Positions 50,101 to 58,027 of a stretch of DNA of 64,000 nt are shown here, piece after piece (the stretch's first letter is position 1; each line of letters opens with the position of its first letter). The position numbers and the translations under genes were made by a program. The stretch is from a virus. The DNA is taken from the IMG/VR virus record IMGVR_UViG_3300043395_000420, positions 29,246 to 93,245 of that record, one strand, 5' to 3'. The notes beneath the pieces were generated by a model. That model made no database searches. It was not told the origin of the DNA and saw nothing but the letters and a program-made list of their open reading frames with translations.

Positions 50101-50808
50101 TTACGTATTAGTCTGTGATGATGCTTGGGCTACCTGATATTGAAAAACAGATTCCATATCTCCGGCAAGTATTTGAACAGCATCATCAATCATTATTTCT
50201 GCAATGTCATCTTTAAACTCACAGATAACATCTTCAGTAGATACCTGTAATGTATACGGATCTGTTGTTCCGGCTATCTGTATCTTTCTAGGAGTCCTGT
50301 AATATATAAAATTTACATTGTCCAACTTAAATTCTCCGGCAGTATAGATACGTAATCTATTTGCTATAAGAGTACAGAATGTTTCTCCCCATTCAAAACT
50401 AGGTCGTTTAAGATAATCATCTAATAAGATAGATATATTTTCTTCTTCTGCTAAGTAGGTTACATTAATGTGTTGACTATCTACACAACAGTCTTTTACA
50501 GCATATGCATCTACTCTCTTAAATGCCATGTAATCTTCAGGTAATGGACTATCTTCAAATAAAGGTTGTATAAATGTGTCTAATCTTTGAGTTTTTAAAA
50601 TAACCTGAAGATCATCTACCTTAGTAGTACTTTGTTCATCAGCAGCTTTTGTAATATTAATACCCTCAATTTGACGACGGCACCATTGTAACTGTGCCTT
50701 ATTAAATGCCTCAACCATCTGCCAAGGTTGAATATTGTCATAGTCATGACTATCCAACTTATTCAGACGTTGTTTAATTTTTAATTGTAAGGTAGTATTA
50801 TTAATCAT
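50101..50808 (-). CDS. Head-tail ring/adaptor protein (conserved crAss-like)
   Basis: 235 aa with KQRLNKLDS, FNKAQ, DDLQVIL, LPEDY and YYRTP motifs typical of the first ring protein. Confidence 0.7.
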   Translation of the reverse strand: MINNTTLQLKIKQRLNKLDSHDYDNIQPWQMVEAFNKAQLQWCRRQIEGINITKAADEQSTTKVDDLQVILKTQRLDTFIQPLFEDSPLPEDYMAFKRVDAYAVKDCCVDSQHINVTYLAEEENISILLDDYLKRPSFEWGETFCTLIANRLRIYTAGEFKLDNVNFIYYRTPRKIQIAGTTDPYTLQVSTEDVICEFKDDIAEIMIDDAVQILAGDMESVFQYQVAQASSQTNT

Positions 50809-51098
50809 TATCCTTTAACTCTTTTTAAACGAGGGTTTGCTTTCTTAGCAGCTGGAGATGCTTTACGGGTTGATGCAGCAAGAATAGCAGATGCTGCTTC
50901 TTTAGATACTCCTTGTTTCTTAGCAATGCTAGATGCTACTGCTTTAAAACCAGGATGTGCTGCACCACCTTTCTTAAATACACCACGTCCTTTAAGAACG
51001 TCAGCTTGTGTTACTTTACCATCTTTGGTAAGGTCGGGAAAAGATCCTCCAGTTTTATACTTCATGGATCCTCCACATTTCATACATTTCTTTGCCAT
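50808..51098 (-). CDS. Small basic protein with an EF-hand-like DxxxDG loop and an Ala/Lys-rich module
   Basis: 96 aa; modules FPDLTKDGKVTQADVL and HPGFKAVASSIAKKQG are separated by xxGG motifs. Confidence 0.75.
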   Translation of the reverse strand: MAKKCMKCGGSMKYKTGGSFPDLTKDGKVTQADVLKGRGVFKKGGAAHPGFKAVASSIAKKQGVSKEAASAILAASTRKASPAAKKANPRLKRVKG

Positions 51099-51104
51099 AA
51101 TATA

Positions 51105-51527
51105 TTAGTTTAACATTTCTTTTTTTAGATATTCATCTGCTTCTTTAGGATTCTCACTATAATATATTAAATAAATGCGAGCAAATTCTAATAACTGAGG
51201 ATCATCTTTAAAATGACCTAAACCTCTATTACAATGATTACATAGCATACCTCTTACTATATTAGTTTTATGACAATGATCAACAACTAAATTTTCTTGA
51301 GATCCGCATATAATACATTCTTTTATAGTATCAATAATATCTTTTAAATCATCATCAGATATCATATCTCTATATAAACCTCTTCTTATTTCATTCCTGT
51401 AATTAGACCTGCAAGATCTGCACCAACTATCAAAACCTGATTTAGTTCTATTATGTAAAGGAAAATATTCAGCAGATAATGGTTTATCTACTTTACATTT
51501 TGTACATATTTTAGTTAACACTTCCAT
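51105..51527 (-). CDS. Endonuclease VII-like HNH nuclease (possible homing endonuclease)
   Basis: CTKC...CRSC zinc ribbon, then CIICG...LVVDHCHKT..VRGMLCNHCNRGLGHFKDD. Confidence 0.88.
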   Translation of the reverse strand: MEVLTKICTKCKVDKPLSAEYFPLHNRTKSGFDSWCRSCRSNYRNEIRRGLYRDMISDDDLKDIIDTIKECIICGSQENLVVDHCHKTNIVRGMLCNHCNRGLGHFKDDPQLLEFARIYLIYYSENPKEADEYLKKEMLN

Positions 51528-51757
51528 TTCTTTCTAGCTAATCTTAATCTACTATTTGGATCCTTTGCTGCTTTAGGAAACATTTTCATCTGACCTGCAG
51601 ATCTAGCACAAAATGACCTTTTTCTAGGACCACCTTCTGGCTGTGGTGCTTTAAGGTTACCTCCTGTTTCTCTATTATAGGAAGCACGCCCTTTAGCATT
51701 AAGACCTCCCGATGGAGACTTACCTTCCTTTCTTTGCCATGCAGGTGACTTTGCCAT
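51515..51757 (-). CDS. Small basic protein (DUF6321-like)
   Basis: AWQRKEGK..SGGLNAKGRASY...RKRSFCAR...DPNSRLRLARKKWKC, a widespread phage peptide family. Confidence 0.8.
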   Translation of the reverse strand: MAKSPAWQRKEGKSPSGGLNAKGRASYNRETGGNLKAPQPEGGPRKRSFCARSAGQMKMFPKAAKDPNSRLRLARKKWKC

Positions 51758-51758
51758 A

Positions 51759-52175
51759 TTACTTTTTTATAAACTTATTTAGTTTTATTAATTTAACTAT
51801 TTTATTTGTTATTTCCTCAGCTAATGTAACAATTTCTTCTTCTTTATTATTCACATCCCAGTTATTTAATAACAAAGCCATGTGTGTTGCCTCATGATTT
51901 AAAACTGTTATATCAGTAAAATCACCTTTAAAATGTTTCTTATTTATAAATAAGAAAGGTTTATATGGAGCTTTTCCTGTTAGCTTTTTGTCTCTGGGAT
52001 CATAGTTAGTTAATCCCATTATGTAAACACCATTGCCTTTAGTCTTATCTACTTCTTCAGCCTGGGCATCCTCTCTTCTAAGTCCATGTAAGATATCAAC
52101 ATTGTAATAGTCAAATATTTCTGTGGCATCTTTACCAAGCAAGAAAACATATTTGCCCATATCAATTTTTCTCAC
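51759..52175 (-). CDS. Small zincin-like metallopeptidase
   Basis: LFIN...TVLNHEATHMAL...EEEIV: HExxH plus a downstream Glu; 138 aa. Confidence 0.65.
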   Translation of the reverse strand: MRKIDMGKYVFLLGKDATEIFDYYNVDILHGLRREDAQAEEVDKTKGNGVYIMGLTNYDPRDKKLTGKAPYKPFLFINKKHFKGDFTDITVLNHEATHMALLLNNWDVNNKEEEIVTLAEEITNKIVKLIKLNKFIKK

Positions 52176-52423
52176 CAGACTGTTTTTTTCTTTTTAGGTT
52201 TCATGTAAGGATTTTCCTTATGCCACTTTTTAGTTGCTGCTACACCTTGTGCTACTGTTTTGGCTCCGGCTTTTTTAGTTAGATCTATAGTATCCCATTT
52301 ACCTTTATCTTTAGTTGGATGGTTTACCATAATATTACCAGGTTCTCCTTTACCTCTTTTAGTAGTCTTTTTGTAAACTACATGTTTTTCTCCCCCTGCT
52401 GATACTCTAACTTTATTAACCAT
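52172..52423 (-). CDS. Small basic hypothetical protein
   Basis: 83 aa, Lys-rich; overlapping start/stop coupling on both sides. Confidence 0.75.
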   Translation of the reverse strand: MVNKVRVSAGGEKHVVYKKTTKRGKGEPGNIMVNHPTKDKGKWDTIDLTKKAGAKTVAQGVAATKKWHKENPYMKPKKKKTVW

Positions 52424-52569
52424 TACTTCTTCTTTTTACGCATTAGCATTTTCTCACGTTTCTCTTCCTTCTTACCTTCAGTCTTTTCATGTTTCATCAT
52501 AGCAGACTTAGAGGAGTAAGTTTCCTGAGCTTTGGTACCTTTGTACTCAATAATTTTTTTCTTTGCCAT
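52423..52569 (-). CDS. Small basic hypothetical protein, 48 aa
   Basis: Below the track cutoff: MAKKKIIEYKGTKAQETYSSKSAMMKHEKTEGKKEEKREKMLMRKKKK. Fills the gap exactly, with a TAATG overlap. Confidence 0.75.
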   Translation of the reverse strand: MAKKKIIEYKGTKAQETYSSKSAMMKHEKTEGKKEEKREKMLMRKKKK

Positions 52570-52571
52570 TG

Positions 52572-52922
52572 TTATTTCTTTTTAGATTTTACAGCACCAC
52601 CTTTTTTAAACTCTTGTTCTGCTAACCTAACATTTTTGGTTTTTTCACCTGTATATTTAGAACGTTTTACTCTTACATCCTCTGCACGTTCGCGTAGTCT
52701 ATCTGCTTTTTCTCCTTGTGCAATAGTTCTATTTTCCCAATATCCTTTAGAATCAGATGACACAGATGGTGAATTATAGTTATCATATGCCTTAATAGCT
52801 TTAGTTTCAGCTTTATTTGCTCTATTTTCTAACCTATTAATTTTATTAGTAGTTCTTTTAATAACTCGTTGAGCTTTATTAGACGCACCACCATCTTGTT
52901 TCTTAACTAATTTTTTTGCCAT
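52572..52922 (-). CDS. Small basic protein (MAKKLVKKQxGG family, copy 2)
   Basis: ATG at 52922 (TGATG overlap) is preferred over the GTG at 52925. Ends FKKGGAVKSKKK. Confidence 0.75.
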   Translation of the reverse strand: MAKKLVKKQDGGASNKAQRVIKRTTNKINRLENRANKAETKAIKAYDNYNSPSVSSDSKGYWENRTIAQGEKADRLRERAEDVRVKRSKYTGEKTKNVRLAEQEFKKGGAVKSKKK

Positions 52923-53329
52923 CACTTACTCTTTTTAATGGATCCACCTTGTTTTTTAACCGAGCCTCCTTTTTTCATTATTGACCATGAATCATTTTTA
53001 TTTCTACCAATATTATTAGTGATTCTGTCTGTTTTTCTTTCAGCTTTTTTTGGACTTATTGATGTTTTTGATTCTGATTTTACAGCACCATCTTTACCAG
53101 TAACTGTTTTTGTATAAGAAGAAACAGGTACATAACCATATGATGTATTATAGTTTTTAGTAACCTTATCTCCGTTTAATTTTGTTCTTGTTACTGATGC
53201 ATTTGATTGACTACTATCTACATTTAGACTTCTTACTTTTCTAGATTTTAATCTACCATTAGGGGTCAAAATTCCTTTATCATCATTTGAAGCACCACCC
53301 TTTTGTTTTTTAACTAGTTTCTTTGCCAT
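52922..53329 (-). CDS. Small basic protein (MAKKLVKKQxGG family, copy 1)
   Basis: 135 aa, Lys/Ser/Thr-rich; ends MKKGGSVKKQGGSIKKSK. Confidence 0.75.
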   Translation of the reverse strand: MAKKLVKKQKGGASNDDKGILTPNGRLKSRKVRSLNVDSSQSNASVTRTKLNGDKVTKNYNTSYGYVPVSSYTKTVTGKDGAVKSESKTSISPKKAERKTDRITNNIGRNKNDSWSIMKKGGSVKKQGGSIKKSK

Positions 53330-53532
53330 TATTTTTTAGTTTTACGATTTGTTGTAGATTTTACCATACCACCTAACATCATTAGTTGTTGTTCAGTAGC
53401 TTTACGAACTTTACCTAAAAGAGCTTTATCTTTTTGTAGGTCATTGTATCTGCGGATAGTATCCATAGCAGATTCTACTTTCCAACGTTCTTCACGCATT
53501 TTGTCTTCTTTAGACATTTTCATTTGTGCCAT
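53329..53532 (-). CDS. Small basic hypothetical protein (67 aa)
   Basis: Start reassigned to MAQMKMSKEDK (ATG 53532, 1 nt after the upstream stop) to avoid a >100-nt overlap. Confidence 0.7.
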   Translation of the reverse strand: MAQMKMSKEDKMREERWKVESAMDTIRRYNDLQKDKALLGKVRKATEQQLMMLGGMVKSTTNRKTKK

Positions 53533-53533
53533 A

Positions 53534-53803
53534 TTATCTATAGTTTTTAGATTTTTCTTTTGCTGATTTTGGTTGAGGTACAAACTGTTTACCAGATTTG
53601 TTACCTTTTGCTTTAGCAGCATTAGTAGCAGCTTTCTCACCAGAAGTTAAAGCATCCCATGCTGCTTTAGGTAAGTATCTTTTCTTACCTTTAGATTGAA
53701 CCTCTTTAGAAGATCCTTTTTTAGCATTTGCATGAGTACCTGAAGTCATCCATTTCTGGTCACCCCAGTTCTTTAAACTCTGTTGAGACTTAGCCAGTGC
53801 CAT
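53534..53803 (-). CDS. Small basic protein (DUF5872-like)
   Basis: SQQSLKNWGDQKW...KRYLPKAAW..L...EKAATN..K..G...GKQFVPQP. Confidence 0.78.
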   Translation of the reverse strand: MALAKSQQSLKNWGDQKWMTSGTHANAKKGSSKEVQSKGKKRYLPKAAWDALTSGEKAATNAAKAKGNKSGKQFVPQPKSAKEKSKNYR

Positions 53804-53988
53804 TACTTATATCCTCCCCCCTTAGATTTATACTCTTTAGCAAGTAACTGTGCTTTTCTAGCTGACCATTCTCCAGGATCTCCACCTTTAGTTCCTGCCT
53901 TAATCTTTTTAAATAAAGATTCTCTCATACCAGGTTTGGTATAATTACCGGCTTGGTTAACTTTAGATTTTGTTTTCTTAGCTGCCAT
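53803..53988 (-). CDS. Small basic protein (GxWSARKAQ family)
   Basis: NYTKPGMRE...KGGDPGEWSARKAQLLAKEYKSKGGGYK. Confidence 0.8.
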   Translation of the reverse strand: MAAKKTKSKVNQAGNYTKPGMRESLFKKIKAGTKGGDPGEWSARKAQLLAKEYKSKGGGYK

Positions 53989-54000
53989 ACTAATAATATA

Positions 54001-55017
54001 CTAATTATTCCAGAACTTTTCTACTTTTTTAGTTATGTCAAGTAAAGTTTGTTCATTCAATGGATTTTTAATATACTCTACAACTTCTGCAATATTACGA
54101 CCCATCATTGTACCGGTAGTTTTTTCATAGATCATACCGTCAGCTTTTGTTACAAGAATCTTATAATAAGTAGCATCTTTAACAATTGCTTTTAGTTTTA
54201 AGGTTTCCATATCTAAACCAACAGCATCTAAGAAAGATTTTGATGCTCTTGTAGAGTTTTGTTCAGATCCTTCTCCCATAATATACTTATCCATGTTATC
54301 ATAAAGAATATCATTAGGAGTACTCTTTTTGTATAAACTACTTGCAGGATCTACAACTTTTGCTACATAGAATAACTTATTAGTATTCTTATCATATAGT
54401 TTTTGTAATTCAGCAATTGCTTTATTACGAATCTTTTTACCTTCTGTTTTAGTAGATACAGTTTCTTCCATCTTATCTAAATAAAACTTGGGTGCACGTG
54501 CGCGTGATTTAGCATCTTCATAACTTTTAGAAATAATACTAAATCCTCCTGCTTCAATAGCACATAACTTAATAAGATCATATGGATCTTTTACCGGATC
54601 TAAAAATATAGGTTCATTACCACAACGCATTGTGATCTTAGACCAAAATTCTCCGTTATCAGGTTTAAGTAATTTTACTTTATTCCAAAATTCTGGATCA
54701 GAAGGATCTACCATATTTGATGCAAGATCCCTTTCTAATTCAGATACTAATGTTCTAATTTCTTTAACACGTGCTTCTCGCATATCAATATCTTTAATGA
54801 GTTTAATCTCAGGAGCAAACTCATTAAGACCTGTTATATAACGTTTAACACCATTGTTTTCAATACAAGCAAGTTGTTCTTCATGATATACTCCATCATA
54901 TAGAGACATACCATATTTTTCTAGACCCATATTTGATACACGACTATCAAAATATGGTTTAACGGTCACGGGACCTCTTTTTTTAGCCGCGTGGGCTTCT
55001 ACAAATGTAAATTCCAT
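54001..55017 (-). CDS. Conserved crAss-like protein downstream of MCP
   Basis: 338 aa with RYITGL, EFWSK, LDP..DP.DLI and PKFYL motifs; conserved position after the MCP. Confidence 0.7.
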   Translation of the reverse strand: MEFTFVEAHAAKKRGPVTVKPYFDSRVSNMGLEKYGMSLYDGVYHEEQLACIENNGVKRYITGLNEFAPEIKLIKDIDMREARVKEIRTLVSELERDLASNMVDPSDPEFWNKVKLLKPDNGEFWSKITMRCGNEPIFLDPVKDPYDLIKLCAIEAGGFSIISKSYEDAKSRARAPKFYLDKMEETVSTKTEGKKIRNKAIAELQKLYDKNTNKLFYVAKVVDPASSLYKKSTPNDILYDNMDKYIMGEGSEQNSTRASKSFLDAVGLDMETLKLKAIVKDATYYKILVTKADGMIYEKTTGTMMGRNIAEVVEYIKNPLNEQTLLDITKKVEKFWNN

Positions 55018-55018
55018 T

Positions 55019-55036
55019 TTGTTGGTTTATTGGTTT
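55019..55036 (-). promoter_or_regulatory. Tandem AAACCAA leader motif before the start codon
   Basis: TAAACCAATAAACCAACAAA-ATG; the same motif precedes the ATGs at 47604 and 57984. Confidence 0.55.
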
Positions 55037-55044
55037 ATGTTTGA

Positions 55045-55052
55045 CAAATATA
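55045..55052 (-). promoter_or_regulatory. Bacteroidota-type -7 promoter element TATATTTG
   Basis: TAnnTTTG immediately after the U-tract of the MCP terminator. Confidence 0.55.
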
Positions 55053-55054
55053 GT

Positions 55055-55084
55055 AAAAAAGGGGAGAGTTTAACACCCTCCCCC
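55055..55084 (-). terminator. Intrinsic terminator after MCP
   Basis: GGGGAGGGT-GTTAA-ACTCTCCCC-TTTTTT on the minus strand. Confidence 0.88.
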
Positions 55085-55102
55085 GTTTTACAGTTATAAA
55101 GA

Positions 55103-56731
55103 TTAGAATGAACCTCCTGTGATAGGGTTACGCATAACAATCTTCAACACCTTGGTTGGGTCTTTTACCCAAATAGCAGGCATAGTTTGTGTCATGAATA
55201 CACGGTATCCATTAAACTGACCAGAAGACTGGAATCCTTGAGTACGTCCCATGTAATCCATGGTTCCGTTTTGATACCACCACTTCAATTGATTATCCCA
55301 AGATAACTTCAACAAGTAAATATTGTCGTTGGTGTTATCTGTGATATCAAAGATAATGAAGCTGTAAGAAGACAATGGGAAACCGTCAATGATTGGGTTT
55401 TCAATGTCGTTAGTATGTAAGTTATCAAACGCAGGGTTCAACACAAACTTAACGTTTGCCAAGAATGGGATAACGTAAGAAGTGTATGCAAAACCAAAGT
55501 TTAAGTCCATACCTTTACCAGTAATTGCACCGATATCAGCAGCCTGGATCAACAAACCTGAGTTAATTGCCTCACGTTTAATTGCTTCGTTAACCATACG
55601 CATACCTCCCATACCGGTTTGTACAATAAGTTGACGTTTAGGATCTGGTCCTTGGAAGTCAACTTTACCAGCATAGAAGTTATAGATTTCAGAACGGAAC
55701 AAGTCCAAAGTGAAACCTGATTTGTTATATACACGTTTGAAGGAGTTATCCAACTGCTTCCAAAGACCCACAGATAGACGAACATCATCTGGACCGTCTT
55801 GACGAACACGTCCACCTTGTCCCCACATCAAGTAAGTTTCAATGTCAGTAGCAACTTTAGTCAAGTGTGCTGCTTCCATAGCAGTCAAGAATGTACGAGA
55901 TAATGTACCATTACCCATTGCACGCTTAACATAATCCTTACCCATCTTGGTAACCATAGTTTCCAAGTTAGTAATAGAAGGATCAGAAGTTTTATCAAAG
56001 TTTCTCCAGATCTCAACTACAGGAACTGTACCGTCAGCATTCATACCACCTTTGATCATCAAGTCTGCACGAGATGAAACAGAGTAATGTACGTGAGCTT
56101 CAGCACCACCAACATAGTTGTAATATTCACGGAAACCAGACTGGATTTGAATATCAGAGAATCTTTCTCCATACTCTCCACGTGCAGAACCTTTACGGAA
56201 TAACTTAGTACCAGGAGTCAAGTAATCAGCATTCAAGTATGCACCGGTATCGTTGTTAACCAACTGAACGGTATACAAGAAACTGTCACCCAAAGGAATA
56301 ATGTCATCAGCAGTGATGTACATTTCCATTCCGTTGTACTTGTCATAAGTGATGATATCACCATGTCCAAATTCACGACGTGAAATTTTAAGTTGGAAGG
56401 TAGTACCGTCAATACCTAAGTATCCACCATCCATATCTACCAAACTTGGTTCAAGATCAACAATGTAAGGAAGATCTTGTACAACTGGTGTTTGCCATTT
56501 GTACTCTCCGCGAGCATTGTCAACATTAATTACGTTCTTTCCACCAAAGCTAGACATTTGATAAAGAGGCATTTCTACCTTTTGAACCATAGCCCACAAA
56601 TCAACGGGGCCTAAGTCCATAGGTTCTGCATTCTTCAACATGTTAACCAAGTGGTAAGAATCTACGTGCGAACTAGCCGCATAATTGGTATCTCGTAGAA
56701 ATATACCATTGTTTAAAACTGGAGTTGCCAT
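55103..56731 (-). CDS. Major capsid protein (crAss-like, HK97 fold)
   Basis: 542 aa; follows portal and scaffold and is followed by a strong terminator. Codon usage is visibly shifted to C-ending codons and CGT, consistent with high expression. Motifs include YLMWG, GLWKQL and VQTGMGG. Confidence 0.88.
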   Translation of the reverse strand: MATPVLNNGIFLRDTNYAASSHVDSYHLVNMLKNAEPMDLGPVDLWAMVQKVEMPLYQMSSFGGKNVINVDNARGEYKWQTPVVQDLPYIVDLEPSLVDMDGGYLGIDGTTFQLKISRREFGHGDIITYDKYNGMEMYITADDIIPLGDSFLYTVQLVNNDTGAYLNADYLTPGTKLFRKGSARGEYGERFSDIQIQSGFREYYNYVGGAEAHVHYSVSSRADLMIKGGMNADGTVPVVEIWRNFDKTSDPSITNLETMVTKMGKDYVKRAMGNGTLSRTFLTAMEAAHLTKVATDIETYLMWGQGGRVRQDGPDDVRLSVGLWKQLDNSFKRVYNKSGFTLDLFRSEIYNFYAGKVDFQGPDPKRQLIVQTGMGGMRMVNEAIKREAINSGLLIQAADIGAITGKGMDLNFGFAYTSYVIPFLANVKFVLNPAFDNLHTNDIENPIIDGFPLSSYSFIIFDITDNTNDNIYLLKLSWDNQLKWWYQNGTMDYMGRTQGFQSSGQFNGYRVFMTQTMPAIWVKDPTKVLKIVMRNPITGGSF

Positions 56732-56754
56732 TTTTTATTTATTTATTAAAAGGG

Positions 56755-57984
56755 TTATCTTTTCCAAAAATTATTACTTCTAGGAATACGACGTTGTGAT
56801 GTTTCTTCTTTTTCAATCACAGGTGCCGCACTCTGTAGTTTTGCTTGTTCGGTTTTTAACTGCCTAACTGTTTTTTCTACAGCAGCAGTTTTACCAATCT
56901 CGCGTATTTTTGCTTTATAGGTATCAGGGTCAGCTAATAACCATAAAGCTTCTGCTATTAAATCATGTCTTGGTTCAACATACTGATACTTTTCTAACAA
57001 GTGCCCTAACATATTTGTAGGGTTACCTGACATAGAAGGAAAGTTTGCTTGAACTAATCCAGCATATAATAAGCCTTGTGTACGTTTATCAAGTTTTACA
57101 CCATTAAGTTCTCCAGGAGAAAGGGTATCATAAATGTTTTGCATATAATGTTCCGCAGCAGCTTTTTGTTGTCTTCTCAACTCTTCTTGCTGCGCAACTT
57201 TTCTTGCAACCATAGATTCCTGCATCTTATCCAATTTTGGTTTATAAGATTCAGCCTTTATATCCAGTTTACCTCGGTCTTTTAAATCTTCAATTTCTTC
57301 TTCAATGTCTTCATCACTTCCCCAGTTAGTAGCACGTAAGTACTCACGTACTATTTGTGCTTGACCAGATGGATCTGAAACATCTAAGTTTCTTACTTCC
57401 TCAACTTGTGCCAATGCCTTAAATAAACCTTTAAGGTCTTGACCTCCGTCTGCTACATATTTTGCAGCATACTGAAGTTCTTGAGGTAGAGATTCAAAAA
57501 ACTCTATTGGTGTTTCTTGACGGATCTTTTGTTCCTTCTCTTGCATATTTGCTTCAAGAAGTTCTTCAAAATCCTTTACACTGTACTCTTCAATAGGTTT
57601 GTCATCATCAAATGGTATAATCTGGCCTTTTTCAATAAGTTTGTTAACCAGTTCTACCATTCCACTTTTCTCTAACTTAGGACGTCCTGATGGTTTAGTA
57701 TCTTCTTTAATACTAGGATCAGAAAAGTCGTCATTAGGATCTGCATCTTTAATGATGTCCTCTATTGTTACCTTTTCCGTTGACTCATCATCTGAGTCGT
57801 TGTCAATAAAAGAAAGATCTACATCTGGCTTAGTAAAGATGTTAGGCTTTACTTCTGCCTTCTTATCTGATCCTTCAGGAAGCATCACGTTTTCTGCTCC
57901 CGGGGTTCCTAGAATTTCATCTAGGTTTAGTTCTACTTGCTCTACCGAGGTAGTATCAGTAGTACTGTTTTCATTCATGCTCAT
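56755..57984 (-). CDS. Acidic scaffold-like protein between portal and MCP
   Basis: 409 aa with a very Asp/Glu-rich N-terminus and helical/coiled-coil C-terminus; conserved position. Confidence 0.65.
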   Translation of the reverse strand: MSMNENSTTDTTSVEQVELNLDEILGTPGAENVMLPEGSDKKAEVKPNIFTKPDVDLSFIDNDSDDESTEKVTIEDIIKDADPNDDFSDPSIKEDTKPSGRPKLEKSGMVELVNKLIEKGQIIPFDDDKPIEEYSVKDFEELLEANMQEKEQKIRQETPIEFFESLPQELQYAAKYVADGGQDLKGLFKALAQVEEVRNLDVSDPSGQAQIVREYLRATNWGSDEDIEEEIEDLKDRGKLDIKAESYKPKLDKMQESMVARKVAQQEELRRQQKAAAEHYMQNIYDTLSPGELNGVKLDKRTQGLLYAGLVQANFPSMSGNPTNMLGHLLEKYQYVEPRHDLIAEALWLLADPDTYKAKIREIGKTAAVEKTVRQLKTEQAKLQSAAPVIEKEETSQRRIPRSNNFWKR

Positions 57985-58009
57985 AGTGTTGGTTTAAAAG
58001 CTACATTAA

Positions 58010-58027
58010 TAATATACAACAAATATA
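58010..58027 (-). promoter_or_regulatory. Tandem promoter-like elements TATATTTG and TATATTA upstream of the scaffold/MCP operon
   Basis: Minus strand TATATTTG-TTG-TATATTATTAAT, followed by an AAACCAACAC leader. Confidence 0.5.

Noticed and set aside
53533-53640. N-terminal extension of the 103-aa ORF called by the track
   Set aside because: It overlaps the DUF5872-like gene by over 100 nt; the ATG at 53532 directly after that gene's stop is more plausible.
53986-54003. TAG of the 338-aa gene is in frame with the next ATG (TAG TAT ATT ATT AGT ATG), allowing a possible readthrough fusion
   Set aside because: A one-in-three coincidence; the spacer is better explained as the TATATTA promoter-like element, and there is no other readthrough evidence.
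25532-55815. Short alternative-frame minus-strand ORFs nested in larger genes (25532, 38754, 44131, 55549)
   Set aside because: They are fully nested out of frame in well-supported genes, with no motifs or initiation context.
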